A stretch of DNA of 63,082 nt, from IMG/VR virus record IMGVR_UViG_3300034402_000018, positions 1 through 63,082 of that record; one strand, written 5' to 3'. Numbering within the stretch: the stretch's first letter is position 1; each line of letters opens with the position of its first letter. The position numbers and the translations under genes were made by a program. The DNA is from a virus. Lineage: Duplodnaviria > Caudoviricetes. The notes beneath the pieces were generated by a model. The model saw nothing but the letters and a program-made list of their open reading frames with translations, searched no databases and was not told the DNA's origin. Shown piece after piece: positions 1-9,288 of the stretch.

Positions 1-216
1 ATGAGGCCACGCACAGGTAACGATAAAAAGATCGAAATCCGTATCAATCCCGACGTGCATAACGAGCTGTGCGTGCTCGCCGGTGCGAGCAACAAATCTC
101 TGTCTCAGTATCTTCGCGATATGATCTCAGCCAACCTCGCCGTCAATTCCCCCCTTCTTGCCAACCTCCGCAGACAGTCCGGCCAGGCCCCCCACCAGTC
201 CATTTCCACCCGATAA
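1..216 (+). CDS. Ribbon-helix-helix (Arc/HicB-like) DNA-binding protein, possibly the C-terminal half of the ORF starting at 62942
   Basis: KIEIRINPDVHNELCVLAGASNKSLSQYLRDMI fits the RHH beta-alpha-alpha pattern. Confidence 0.7.
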   Translation: MRPRTGNDKKIEIRINPDVHNELCVLAGASNKSLSQYLRDMISANLAVNSPLLANLRRQSGQAPHQSISTR

Positions 217-219
217 CTC

Positions 220-263
220 CCTGCTCTCTCCCATTATATAGGAAGGGAGGGCGGGTACTTTAT
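220..263 (+). terminator. Probable intrinsic terminator
   Basis: cctgctctctccc/gggagggcggg stem followed by tacttttatt, directly after the RHH stop codon. Confidence 0.5.
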
Positions 264-321
264 TGCACTCAGTCGAGTTGAGTGCGATCTATCAGTCTCT
301 CAGTGACGCGGAGAAGTGGCG

Positions 322-645
322 ATGCAGAGGTACACAAATATCACAATTGCAACCACCAATCAAGAGGAGTACATCCAGGCGATTGAGTGCGCTGCACGTC
401 GGTGCCAGTGCCCCGGGATTGCCGGGGAGATTGCGGAAGCCGTCTATGGCTTGAGAGCTGAGTCTGTTGCACTTAACAGGGTTAAGCTGGACATTGAGGC
501 CGCTATACGCTGTTTGAAAGTTGGGGAGGAGAAGGCGCTCGACAAGAAGTTCAAGGCCAAAAAGAATGACCACGATCGTGTAGCTATGATCTACAAGCAC
601 CGTGCTGCGCCCACTACGCAGCACGGAGGCGAGAGGAGAAAGTGA
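322..645 (+). CDS. Hypothetical protein
   Basis: ORF with GGAG RBS before ATG 322. Its stop overlaps the next start. Confidence 0.6.
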   Translation: MQRYTNITIATTNQEEYIQAIECAARRCQCPGIAGEIAEAVYGLRAESVALNRVKLDIEAAIRCLKVGEEKALDKKFKAKKNDHDRVAMIYKHRAAPTTQHGGERRK

Positions 646-806
646 TGCCGCAGAACACGGCGAGCGGTGCCCAGCGCTGGTTCGCACAGCTCTCTCCGCA
701 GCAAAAGATAATGCTGCGGGCGCTGTACGACGCGGCCCTGCGTCGGGGCACAATAATCACTCAGGAGGCACCGAAGTCGCGTCAATTAGAGGCGGTGCGG
801 AGATGA
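642..806 (+). CDS. Small hypothetical protein (~54 aa, not in the ORF track)
   Basis: GAGGAG RBS, GTGA overlap upstream and ATGA overlap with the helicase start at 803. Reads MPQNTASGAQRWFAQLSPQQKIMLRALYDAALRRG... Confidence 0.6.
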   Translation: MMPQNTASGAQRWFAQLSPQQKIMLRALYDAALRRGTIITQEAPKSRQLEAVRR

Positions 807-2572
807 CTGCGTCCGCCACCACTTCCCCTGAGCCGCGTATCTGGCTTGAGGGTGACACAGTCTGCTTTATGTTTCCCCCTATAGCGGGGATCAGGGCTCT
901 TGCCGCATCGCTAGGGGCGGCCCACCACCCGGCGTCGGGACGTTATGAGTTACAGTTGAGACCGTCCAAAGGCTCAGCGATTGCACGCCTGGCTCAAGCT
1001 GCCGGGTGGTTGAGCCTGCCGGCCGAGGTAGAGCGACGCCTGGAGGAGTTTGCCGACCATATTCGACAGAATATTGAGGGCTCGAATGCATTGGAGGCCG
1101 GGGAACCCATCGAGATACCAGGCCTGGCAAGACCGCTACACCCCTTCCAGCAGGCAGGCGTGCGCTACATGCTCCGCAATCCTCGTACATTAGTGGGCGA
1201 CCAACAGGGGCTCGGCAAGACGGTTGAGACGATAGCTGCCCTTCTCAAGCAAGATGCTTTTCCCGCTCTTATTGTCTGCCCGGCATCTGTAAAGCATGTA
1301 TGGGCTGGTGAATGGGGAGCATTTGCGCCCAATGTTTCGGTACAGGTAGTCGAGGGGCGGGCACCTGTCAAGTTTACGGCTGATGTAGTGATAGCGAACT
1401 ACGACGTCTTGGCTGCCCATGTTCGAGCTTTCCGACAATACGGCTTGAGGGCAGCGGCGGCGGACGAGGCACACCTGTTAAAGCACAAAGAAACACGTCG
1501 TGCCCAGGCAGTAAAGGCGCTCACGACTACGTTGGATGTGATTTATTTGTTGAGCGGCACCCCTGTCCCCAACAAACCTGTTGAACTCACAAATCTTCTG
1601 GATATTCTGGGCTATCTTGATGCTTTTGGCGGTTACTGGGCCTTTGTACGACGTTATTGTGATCCCCGGCGAAATCAATATGGCTGGGATCTTTCCGGCG
1701 CCGCCAACCTCCGGGAGCTTCACGATAAGCTGCGTGCTATTTGCATGCTGCGACGCACTACGCGCGATGTGCTCACCGAGCTTCCTGCCGTCCAGCGAGC
1801 AGCGCTCCCTGTCGACATAGACAATAGGGTTGAATATCGTCAGGCAGAAACGCAGTTGTTGCGGTACATCTATGAAAAGGCAATGCAGGACCAGGCTTTC
1901 CAGGCACGCATAGCCGAACTGCCCGAGCATGAGCAAAAACGGTGCAGGTCTGAATACGCGAGTGATAAAGCTCGAAAAGCGGCCAGGGCAGAAGTGCTGG
2001 TTCGTATCGAAACACTCAAGCAGTTGGCCGCTGCCGGCAAAATGCGGGCCGTCGCTGAGTGGATAGACAACTACCTGGCGGGCACCGACGATAAGCTGCT
2101 GATATTTGCCACCCACGTTGCTGTTCAGCACGCGCTATATGCTCGTTACCCTGATTCCGTTACGGTTTTCGCGGAGCACTCTTCGGAAGAACGTGTGAGC
2201 GCGGTCACTCGCTTTCAAACAGATCCTACCGCTCGCCTGGCTATCATGTCTTTGCAGGCAGGCGGTGTCGGCCTGACTATGACGGCTGCTCGACATGTTC
2301 TTTTTGTGGGATATGGGTGGCGTTCGATTGACCATGACCAGGCTGAGAGCCGAGCCTATGGCAGATTGAATGATCCCCACCCGATAACTTCGTATTGGGC
2401 GGTGGGTCGTGACACTATCGATGAGCAGATTGTTGCTTTGCTGGAAAGTAAGCGGGCTGTCACTGAAATGATTACCGATGGGGTTATGCAGGACAACAGC
2501 GGCTCCGTCTTGACTGATCTTATGCGGCAATACGAAGCGAGGGCGAGGGAAACATATGGCAGCTCAAATTAA
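803..2572 (+). CDS. SNF2-family (SMARCAL1/HARP-like) helicase
   Basis: LHPFQ, GDQQGLGKT, IVCPAS, DEAH, LSGTP, GVGLTMTAA and QAESRAYGR motifs. Start moved to ATG 803. Confidence 0.9.
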   Translation: MTASATTSPEPRIWLEGDTVCFMFPPIAGIRALAASLGAAHHPASGRYELQLRPSKGSAIARLAQAAGWLSLPAEVERRLEEFADHIRQNIEGSNALEAGEPIEIPGLARPLHPFQQAGVRYMLRNPRTLVGDQQGLGKTVETIAALLKQDAFPALIVCPASVKHVWAGEWGAFAPNVSVQVVEGRAPVKFTADVVIANYDVLAAHVRAFRQYGLRAAAADEAHLLKHKETRRAQAVKALTTTLDVIYLLSGTPVPNKPVELTNLLDILGYLDAFGGYWAFVRRYCDPRRNQYGWDLSGAANLRELHDKLRAICMLRRTTRDVLTELPAVQRAALPVDIDNRVEYRQAETQLLRYIYEKAMQDQAFQARIAELPEHEQKRCRSEYASDKARKAARAEVLVRIETLKQLAAAGKMRAVAEWIDNYLAGTDDKLLIFATHVAVQHALYARYPDSVTVFAEHSSEERVSAVTRFQTDPTARLAIMSLQAGGVGLTMTAARHVLFVGYGWRSIDHDQAESRAYGRLNDPHPITSYWAVGRDTIDEQIVALLESKRAVTEMITDGVMQDNSGSVLTDLMRQYEARARETYGSSN

Positions 2573-2771
2573 GAACGACCGGGCAGACACTCTCCTTGAG
2601 CAAGCAGAGCTCGTCGATTTACCCCAGGAGACCTGGCACGACGTTGCAACTTCCAACCTGGCTGCCGCTTACCTTGTGCTCCCAAGCGCCGCTGTTGCCG
2701 ACCATATCCGCGAGCATATAGCTGTAATTCAGCGGGAGCTGCGCTGGATGAAGGAGCATGTCGTCATATGA
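2556..2771 (+). CDS. Hypothetical protein
   Basis: RBS present; overlaps both neighbouring genes. Confidence 0.6.
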   Translation: MAAQIKNDRADTLLEQAELVDLPQETWHDVATSNLAAAYLVLPSAAVADHIREHIAVIQRELRWMKEHVVI

Positions 2772-3133
2772 CAGCTAAAGATGTCACCGACGTGCCCGGC
2801 GGTAAAGGCTACATCGTGCGCGTGAGCGACGCGCACATCCTCGATGACCCGTTTGGCCGAGGCCTGGTGCTGGTCATGCAGATCAAGCGCCCTGTGGAGT
2901 TGCTCGACCAGTGCCTAGTCAAAGTGTGGGACATCAACCCTCTCAAGCGCGGGGCGCTGGCCGAGGCGACCGCCGACATGGCGAAGTGTGGCATCAGCTT
3001 GAGGAGGATGGTTAGAGGCAACATGACAGGCGATTTGAAGGGGCGCTACCTTGAAGTAAATTACACGGCGCCCCCCTCTGGGTCCAACAATGACTTCGTT
3101 GAGATCGTGCGCCGAGTGCGGTTACCACACTAG
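2768..3133 (+). CDS. Hypothetical protein
   Basis: AAGGAG RBS, ATGA overlap, GC3-rich codons. Confidence 0.7.
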   Translation: MTAKDVTDVPGGKGYIVRVSDAHILDDPFGRGLVLVMQIKRPVELLDQCLVKVWDINPLKRGALAEATADMAKCGISLRRMVRGNMTGDLKGRYLEVNYTAPPSGSNNDFVEIVRRVRLPH

Positions 3134-3214
3134 GAGGAAGCCTATAGATTTATCCCTTGCAACACCAGTGACAACGACAGATTTCAACCAACTTACTTTA
3201 CGAGGAGAAATACA

Positions 3215-4237
3215 GTGGGAAGTTTTGCAGACACAATCGGCCAAACAGACGTTCCGGTAGTAGAGAGCGGCATGACCTACCAGGGGCCGCCACGGTTCAA
3301 CTTCATCAACGGCAAGCGCCTCACGGGCACCCAGTACCCCGACGTGCCCAGCGACTTCTATATCAGGGAGCGCGAGCTCAAGGGCATGGTGCCGGGTGCG
3401 CCCTGGAAGAGCCAGCAGGGGCGGTTTGCGGGCAACTCCGACGAGATCGGTTACCAGGCCCCCTCTCTCAACATCATCATCATCTCCCGCCGTTCCCAGC
3501 CCTTCCGGCAGATAGACCTGCCCAACAACAAGAAGGGGCGCGAATGGCACACCAGGTGGATATACCCGAATGCTACCCCCGAGGAGATCCGCGCCGCCGG
3601 CGGCACCGCACCTTCCGAGTCGGTCCACACGGAGTACCTCTGCCTCGCAGAGGGCCTCTACGACCCAGGCTCGGTCGCCACCTTCCTGCACCACGCTCGT
3701 GCAGCGGAAGGCAACGGCGAGGTCATAGACGCCTCCTTCTTCGACGGCCTGGGCCTTTCTGTCTGGACCATGAAAGGCTCGACGGGCATGGGCGTGGACG
3801 CTGCGCTCAAGCTCTACCGCGAGACGCTTTTGCGCGAGGCATCGAAAATCGCCTCCCAGGCCAAGGGCACGGCCACCAATCTGCCCGACTGGGCGTTCTC
3901 CCTCCCCTTCGGCCCCAAGGTCGATAAGAAGGGCAAGCCCGTGTTCGAGCAGAACAAGAAGTTTCAAACGGTGTATACCAACCCGCCCACCATCTACCTG
4001 CCCGAAAAGGTCGACAACGATCTGATCGAGAAACACTACGTGGGTGCCGATATGCTGGCTCTGTGCGGCTACATCTACCGTGCCTACCGTGACTGGCGCA
4101 ACACCATGCAGGTCAACAAGGCGTTCGAGGACGCCCAGCCACAGCGACCTGTCTTTGGGAGCGTACCTGGCGGGCGAGCGGCAGCGGGCAATGGTCACGG
4201 TGATATGGATGTCGATGACATCCCATTCCACTACTAA
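3215..4237 (+). CDS. Putative single-stranded DNA-binding/annealing protein
   Basis: GAGGAG RBS. Gly-rich linker and acidic SSB-type tail DMDVDDIPF(HY). Confidence 0.6.
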   Translation: MGSFADTIGQTDVPVVESGMTYQGPPRFNFINGKRLTGTQYPDVPSDFYIRERELKGMVPGAPWKSQQGRFAGNSDEIGYQAPSLNIIIISRRSQPFRQIDLPNNKKGREWHTRWIYPNATPEEIRAAGGTAPSESVHTEYLCLAEGLYDPGSVATFLHHARAAEGNGEVIDASFFDGLGLSVWTMKGSTGMGVDAALKLYRETLLREASKIASQAKGTATNLPDWAFSLPFGPKVDKKGKPVFEQNKKFQTVYTNPPTIYLPEKVDNDLIEKHYVGADMLALCGYIYRAYRDWRNTMQVNKAFEDAQPQRPVFGSVPGGRAAAGNGHGDMDVDDIPFHY

Positions 4238-4248
4238 CATCTGTAGTA

Positions 4249-4279
4249 GGCGCGGAGCTCAAAAAATGCGCTCCGCGCC
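4249..4279 (+). promoter_or_regulatory. Intergenic RNA hairpin
   Basis: Perfect 10-bp stem ggcgcggagc/gctccgcgcc with no U-tail. Confidence 0.5.
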
Positions 4280-4294
4280 GGAGGGGAATTGGAA

Positions 4295-4585
4295 ATGGCC
4301 GAAACACAGAGGCCCTCGATAGGGCGAATCGTTCACTATGTGGCCAGGAAGAACGGCACAGCAGATACTAAATGCCAGGCGGCAATCATCACGGCTGTCA
4401 ATGACAACGAGACGGTCAATCTCCAGGTTTTCAACGACGGCCCCAATGACGGGTGGTCTGACTTCGACGGCTCAAATTGGAAGGGCCAGGTGGGCTTCGC
4501 AGCTGCGGAGAAACGTGTCGGAGAACACCTCATGCTGGCCGAGCGGCTGGACCTTAACACCTGGCACTGGCCTGAGCGCGTCTAA
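4295..4585 (+). CDS. Small phage protein with PSIGRIVHY motif
   Basis: PSIGRIVHYV...AAIIT...VNLQVF...WHWPERV pattern, which I recall from other phage proteins. Confidence 0.75.
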   Translation: MAETQRPSIGRIVHYVARKNGTADTKCQAAIITAVNDNETVNLQVFNDGPNDGWSDFDGSNWKGQVGFAAAEKRVGEHLMLAERLDLNTWHWPERV

Positions 4586-4614
4586 CTTCCCTCTACCACA
4601 ACCAGGAGCTTCCA

Positions 4615-4914
4615 GTGGCAGCGAAGAAGCGAAAGATACCACTCTACGCCGCTTGTAGGGTGGTCACCACCACAGTGGCCGAAGCAGGCCCATGCACGTT
4701 CTGCAACAATAACGTCGAGTATTCGGGCGTTGTGCGCCGAGACGATGTTATCTACTCCCTTCGCTGGCGCAAGAACTCCCAGGTCGAGCACTCAATCAAC
4801 TTCTGCGACATATGCGCAGAATACAACGCTACCCTTCTCATGAAGGCGAAGGCAGCCTACGAGAAGGGGGCGCAAGGCGCTGCCCAGGTAGCCCAGGAAG
4901 CGTCGATCCTGTGA
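4615..4914 (+). CDS. Hypothetical Zn-binding protein
   Basis: AGGAG RBS; CTFC and CDIC pairs. Confidence 0.65.
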   Translation: MAAKKRKIPLYAACRVVTTTVAEAGPCTFCNNNVEYSGVVRRDDVIYSLRWRKNSQVEHSINFCDICAEYNATLLMKAKAAYEKGAQGAAQVAQEASIL

Positions 4915-5420
4915 AGAGGGGCGCACCGCACCTGGGCCTGACTGCGCGCGTCGAAATGGCGGGGAACGTGTGGTGCCGGGCAACACGCCTGGCGTTGCTT
5001 CCCGTGGACGACGAGGCCCCGACACCCAGACTGCACCCGGCGAGCGCCACGGACTTTGACTACGACGCCCTGTGGGCAGCCGTCGCCAAACGCTTCGACG
5101 TGGTGCTCACCTGGTCGAGCAGGGACTATGTAAACGAGCGCCGGGCGGTCAAGGCTATTCTCGATGCCTACACCAACGGCTCGAGGCCCGACAACGCGGA
5201 GCTACTCGACTTCCTGGCGTTCATGGAGACCACCTGGCGGTCGGACGAGTACGCTCTACCGACCTTCCACAGGTACGGCAAGCACTTCGGCTCCTGGCGT
5301 TCCCGGGGCAGGCCGAAGAAAGAGGAGAAAAAAGATGCATCCAAAGGGGCAGGGCGAGGCAAAGTTACCTCATCCTGGGACAAACATTACGAACTCAACC
5401 CAGGCGGAGGAGCCGCTTAG
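4911..5420 (+). CDS. Hypothetical protein, possibly replication initiator-associated
   Basis: GTGA overlap; lies directly upstream of the DnaC-like gene. Confidence 0.55.
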   Translation: MKRGAPHLGLTARVEMAGNVWCRATRLALLPVDDEAPTPRLHPASATDFDYDALWAAVAKRFDVVLTWSSRDYVNERRAVKAILDAYTNGSRPDNAELLDFLAFMETTWRSDEYALPTFHRYGKHFGSWRSRGRPKKEEKKDASKGAGRGKVTSSWDKHYELNPGGGAA

Positions 5421-6411
5421 CCCGCAGCAGATAGCGCTCCAGGTAATAAGGACGCCGCCCGTGGAGATACAGTCTCTGCAAATCTGGCGGGGGCCTATCG
5501 ATGCCCGGTGGTACCGCGAGCCTGTTGTGCCGAAGGGCGATGAAGAGACTGTGCTGCGCCGGCTATACAAGCACACGCTGGCGAACCCGCAGATAGTAAG
5601 TGCGGGCACCCCCAACCTCAATGCCGGTACCTTTGTGACGTTTGTGCAGCCCTGCATGGGCGATAGCTGCGAGGGTTATCTGCTTTACCGCTACGGCCCT
5701 GATGGGGAATATGCAAAGCAGGTGCCGTGCCCGTTCCACCTGAACAGGTTCTCCGGCAATGAGGAACCTGTTGAGGACTTAGACCCGAGCGGGCATGAAG
5801 CCATGCAGCAGCGCCGAGAGGTCATCTACCAGGAAGCCGACGTGCCCGTCTTCTTCCAGCCCTACACCCTGGAGAATTGGCCCGGCAGCGACATAGAAGC
5901 CCGCAGCCGCGCCTTCGACTACTGCAGGCAGGCTACCGTCACCAGCGGCCTGCTGGTCATGGGGCGGTTCGGCGTGGGCAAGACCTCGCTCGCGGTGAGT
6001 ATCATTGCCGAGCGCACCAGGCGCTACGGCGACTCGGCCCTCTTCATCACGGCTCCGGATCTATTAGATGGGCTGCGCCAGGGCGGGTTCGACGCCAACG
6101 AGGAGTTTCTCACCAAGCTCCGAAGGCGGCGCCTGCTGGTGATAGATGACCTGGGTGCGGAGCGGAGCAACAAAGAGTGGGCGCAAGAGCAGCTCTGGAA
6201 GGTCATCGGCTACCGCCACGACCACCGGCTGGCGACGGTCTGCACGACCAACCTGCAGTCGTCGCTTATTTGGGAGAAGCTAGGCTGGACGCTGCCCGAT
6301 GATAGCGACACGTTAGAGGACCGGGCGGGTGAGCGCCTGGTGCAGCGCTTCCTCGATAAGGAAGCGTTTGAGATTGTAGTGGTGGGCGGGCGCAACCTGC
6401 GCACCAAGTAG
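5335..6411 (+). CDS. DnaC/IstB-like AAA+ helicase loader
   Basis: Walker A GRFGVGKT, Walker B LLVIDDLG, TTN sensor and N-terminal Cys cluster. GAGGAG RBS before ATG 5335. Confidence 0.88.
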   Translation: MHPKGQGEAKLPHPGTNITNSTQAEEPLSPQQIALQVIRTPPVEIQSLQIWRGPIDARWYREPVVPKGDEETVLRRLYKHTLANPQIVSAGTPNLNAGTFVTFVQPCMGDSCEGYLLYRYGPDGEYAKQVPCPFHLNRFSGNEEPVEDLDPSGHEAMQQRREVIYQEADVPVFFQPYTLENWPGSDIEARSRAFDYCRQATVTSGLLVMGRFGVGKTSLAVSIIAERTRRYGDSALFITAPDLLDGLRQGGFDANEEFLTKLRRRRLLVIDDLGAERSNKEWAQEQLWKVIGYRHDHRLATVCTTNLQSSLIWEKLGWTLPDDSDTLEDRAGERLVQRFLDKEAFEIVVVGGRNLRTK

Positions 6412-6424
6412 GAGGGGAAAGAAA

Positions 6425-7501
6425 ATGGCGCAGAACACAGGGGTTGGGCCCAGGCCCGGCTGGGAAGTGATCAATAAAAGGCTGGCGACTTCGCAACATA
6501 ATGTGGCACAGCAAGGACCAATGATGTCTGACATGTCCAATGGGCAAACGGCGTCAGGCACAGCACGGGTTTATACCCATGATAGGAAACATTGGCCTGA
6601 AGATGCACCGCATTACGTAGCGCCTATTGAGGACGGTGAGGAGGACAAGCCTAAAGATCCTGGGGTTGCAACGAAGGCCAAGTTCCTCGGCGAGTGGGAC
6701 AAAGTTGGCAGGGAGCTGGCCGATACATTGGAAGCTGCGCTCTCCCACCATCTAGGGTTGGAGGATAAAGTCCGGCAGCTAGAGGAGAGTAACGGCAGGC
6801 TGCGAGTTGCCTTTGCTAGTTCTATGAAATCCGAGATGAGGTTGCAGGGGGAGGTTAACGCCGCTAACGGTCGGATAGTTGATCTCAAAAAGCGACTGGA
6901 GGACACGGTGCTTGCATACGAAGAAGAGATCTCAGCAACCAGGGCTGCCGTAGGAAGGACTTTGAAAAGGGAGGCTAAGGCTTACTCAGCATTGAGGGAC
7001 CTTCGCGAGCACCTGGAAGCAGGCGAAAGCTCAATGTTGAAGCTCGAGGAGGACCTTGACGCGAAGGACAAAACGATAGAGCGCCTTGTGAAGCGCATCG
7101 AGCGCAAGGACGAGATCGCCTACAGGCTGCGTGTGCAGGCCAAGTTCTATCAGGACCAGGTGGAAGGCTCCCCGGAGATCCGCGACGACCTGTGGAGTTT
7201 CGTCATCTTCATGGAGCAGGAGCTGCGGCGGCACGACGAAGAGCGTGGGAAGACGGGCTGGCACGACATGGGGTTTGAGCCCCTCTTTTGCATGCTGTGG
7301 GAGCACGCCGATCGCCTTCACAAACTGCGGCCCGCGCTGAATGAGGCCGTGGGCCCGACCTACCATCGGGACATTATGGCGCGGTGTGTGGATATAGCCA
7401 ACATGGCGATGATGATTGCTACCAACATCCAGCGCCACATCGACTCGGCTAACGCATCCGAGCCTGCGGTGCGTGTGGAGGCCGCAGATGGAGACGATTA
7501 A
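6425..7501 (+). CDS. Coiled-coil protein with a possible C-terminal MazG-like helical domain
   Basis: Heptad-rich centre. The C-terminal FMEQELRRHD..KTGW...VDIANMAMMI resembles phage MazG-like domains but lacks the usual acidic residues. Confidence 0.55.
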   Translation: MAQNTGVGPRPGWEVINKRLATSQHNVAQQGPMMSDMSNGQTASGTARVYTHDRKHWPEDAPHYVAPIEDGEEDKPKDPGVATKAKFLGEWDKVGRELADTLEAALSHHLGLEDKVRQLEESNGRLRVAFASSMKSEMRLQGEVNAANGRIVDLKKRLEDTVLAYEEEISATRAAVGRTLKREAKAYSALRDLREHLEAGESSMLKLEEDLDAKDKTIERLVKRIERKDEIAYRLRVQAKFYQDQVEGSPEIRDDLWSFVIFMEQELRRHDEERGKTGWHDMGFEPLFCMLWEHADRLHKLRPALNEAVGPTYHRDIMARCVDIANMAMMIATNIQRHIDSANASEPAVRVEAADGDD

Positions 7502-7730
7502 GCAAGATCCCGCCGAAAAGGACGTCCTGGAGAAAGCGCAGGAGGCCGCGGCAGCGGTCGACCCTAGCGGCTTGATGGGTCTCCTAGGCTTCGGCGGCGG
7601 CATCAGCAGGTTCCGGTTTGGGACTTACTCGCGGCGTAAGTACAAAGAGAACCGCAAGCGGCGCGAGCGTGAGCGGGCGAAGGCAGCGCGGTATACCAAG
7701 CAGCAGCAGCGAAGGAGGGCAAAGCGATGA
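7488..7730 (+). CDS. Small basic hypothetical protein
   Basis: GGAGG RBS; Arg-rich C-terminus. Confidence 0.6.
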   Translation: METIKQDPAEKDVLEKAQEAAAAVDPSGLMGLLGFGGGISRFRFGTYSRRKYKENRKRRERERAKAARYTKQQQRRRAKR

Positions 7731-7930
7731 CGTTCGATTTCAGAGAATTCATGCTGGCAAACGGTATGGACCATGTGGTCGACACCGGGGTGCTGCAGCG
7801 TATAGGCATCACCAACCCGCACGAAGAGACCGAGGAAGGTTATCTGGTGTACAACGTGGACGACAACGGCGGCTGCAACTCGGGTGGCGAGGACCAGGGA
7901 GGCCGTACATGGACGGAGCCGAAGTCGTGA
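7727..7930 (+). CDS. Small acidic hypothetical protein
   Basis: ATGA overlap; GGAGG RBS. Confidence 0.65.
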   Translation: MTFDFREFMLANGMDHVVDTGVLQRIGITNPHEETEEGYLVYNVDDNGGCNSGGEDQGGRTWTEPKS

Positions 7931-8352
7931 GCGCGGGCACCTATATTGACCCTAAACGCGAAGACGTGGAGGTTGTCTACTGCCTCACCGAGCGTGGCAT
8001 GATGCGCCCCTGCGGGCTCATCGACCACGCCAAGCATATCTTCCAGTTCAGGGGTCATCTGCGGCGCTTCTACTATCTGCGGGCCCACAAGCTGACGCTC
8101 TCGGCGGCGTTGTGGGACAGGCTGATCGTCATGGATCCTCCCATCCAGTGGCTGGAGTTTATAGACGTCGGCGCCAACGTGGTTTACCGAATTTTGATGG
8201 AGCACGCCATGCGATACGGCTCTCCCTACGATGGGTGGCTCAGCCCGCGCTGGGGCATCCCTTACACGCTGGCGGAGATAGCGGACGCCCGCGGGGAGAT
8301 AATCAAGCATTCCAACTTGCCAAGGGGGGTGGGGCATGCCGTTACACGCTAA
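7927..8352 (+). CDS. Hypothetical protein
   Basis: GTGA overlap; coding-like codon usage. Confidence 0.65.
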   Translation: MSAGTYIDPKREDVEVVYCLTERGMMRPCGLIDHAKHIFQFRGHLRRFYYLRAHKLTLSAALWDRLIVMDPPIQWLEFIDVGANVVYRILMEHAMRYGSPYDGWLSPRWGIPYTLAEIADARGEIIKHSNLPRGVGHAVTR

Positions 8353-8635
8353 CCTGGCCTGGACGCTTGAATGCGACAACTGCACGCGCACTGTTGGGTG
8401 GTCCGGCAAGGGCGGTTTGCCCGAGGGTTGGGCGCTGGTCATGCGAGGCAATGAGTCGCTGGCCTTCTGCACGCTGGAGTGCGAGTCCATCTACTGCCGG
8501 CAGGAGTCCCGCGAGATGATCACCATACCCTGGAGCGGCACCGGCACTATCGAGACGGAGGAGACCGGCGGAAACGAGAGGGTAGTTTCCCTCAACATAA
8601 GCGCAGTGATAGGAGGTAATGATGGCAAAGGTTGA
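8336..8635 (+). CDS. Hypothetical Zn-finger protein
   Basis: CDNC...FCTLEC. Confidence 0.65.
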   Translation: MPLHANLAWTLECDNCTRTVGWSGKGGLPEGWALVMRGNESLAFCTLECESIYCRQESREMITIPWSGTGTIETEETGGNERVVSLNISAVIGGNDGKG

Positions 8636-8852
8636 ATACGACGTAATTGAGGGCTACATAGTAGGGGACGGCATCAACGGTGTTGTGGTTGCCCTTAATC
8701 GGAAAGTCTCTGAGGGCTGGAAGGTCCACAGCTGGCAGGCTCTTACCTCCAATACGGGCGTTAACTACTACTTCCTGATTGAGCGTGAGATATCTGAAGC
8801 AGAAGATTGGCTGACACCCAAGCTGGAGGTACGGAATGATACAGCCAGGTGA
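8619..8852 (+). CDS. Hypothetical protein
   Basis: AGGAGG RBS. Confidence 0.65.
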   Translation: MMAKVEYDVIEGYIVGDGINGVVVALNRKVSEGWKVHSWQALTSNTGVNYYFLIEREISEAEDWLTPKLEVRNDTAR

Positions 8853-9288
8853 GACAGCATCGTTCCTGGCCTGGCAGAACGAGCAGCTGTCTAAACTGCG
8901 GGAGCTGGGCGAGCAGCGACGGGCTGCGGGGCAGAGGTTGATGGCTGCCAAATCAAAGGCGTCAAAGAAGATGGCTGATCGTGATAAGGTGATCAGTGAA
9001 GTGTTCGAACAAGAGATGCAGGAGCTGCTTGCAAAGCACGAGACAGAGATGGCTAAGTCGCGAGCTTTGTTTGAGCAGGACTGTGCTGCAGCCCAGGCAG
9101 GTGCAGACGAGGCCACCGGCGCCTACAATGGAGCCTGGGAAAGATTCATTGAATTGGCTGCAGAGCGAGGCATGGACTACAGCAAACTGCTTGAACCCAT
9201 GCAGATATTTGTTGGAGGAAAGCCTGTCGAGATGAACGTGGGCTTTAATATAGATACTTTGGAGGAATCTAATGGAAAACGACTTTGA
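8836..9288 (+). CDS. Hypothetical coiled-coil protein
   Basis: GGAGG RBS; helical composition. Confidence 0.65.
   Translation: MIQPGETASFLAWQNEQLSKLRELGEQRRAAGQRLMAAKSKASKKMADRDKVISEVFEQEMQELLAKHETEMAKSRALFEQDCAAAQAGADEATGAYNGAWERFIELAAERGMDYSKLLEPMQIFVGGKPVEMNVGFNIDTLEESNGKRL

Noticed and set aside
602-802. N-terminal extensions given by the ORF track (602, 5164, 54944, 61411)
   Set aside because: They overlap neighbouring genes or RNA structures; downstream RBS-supported starts fit better.
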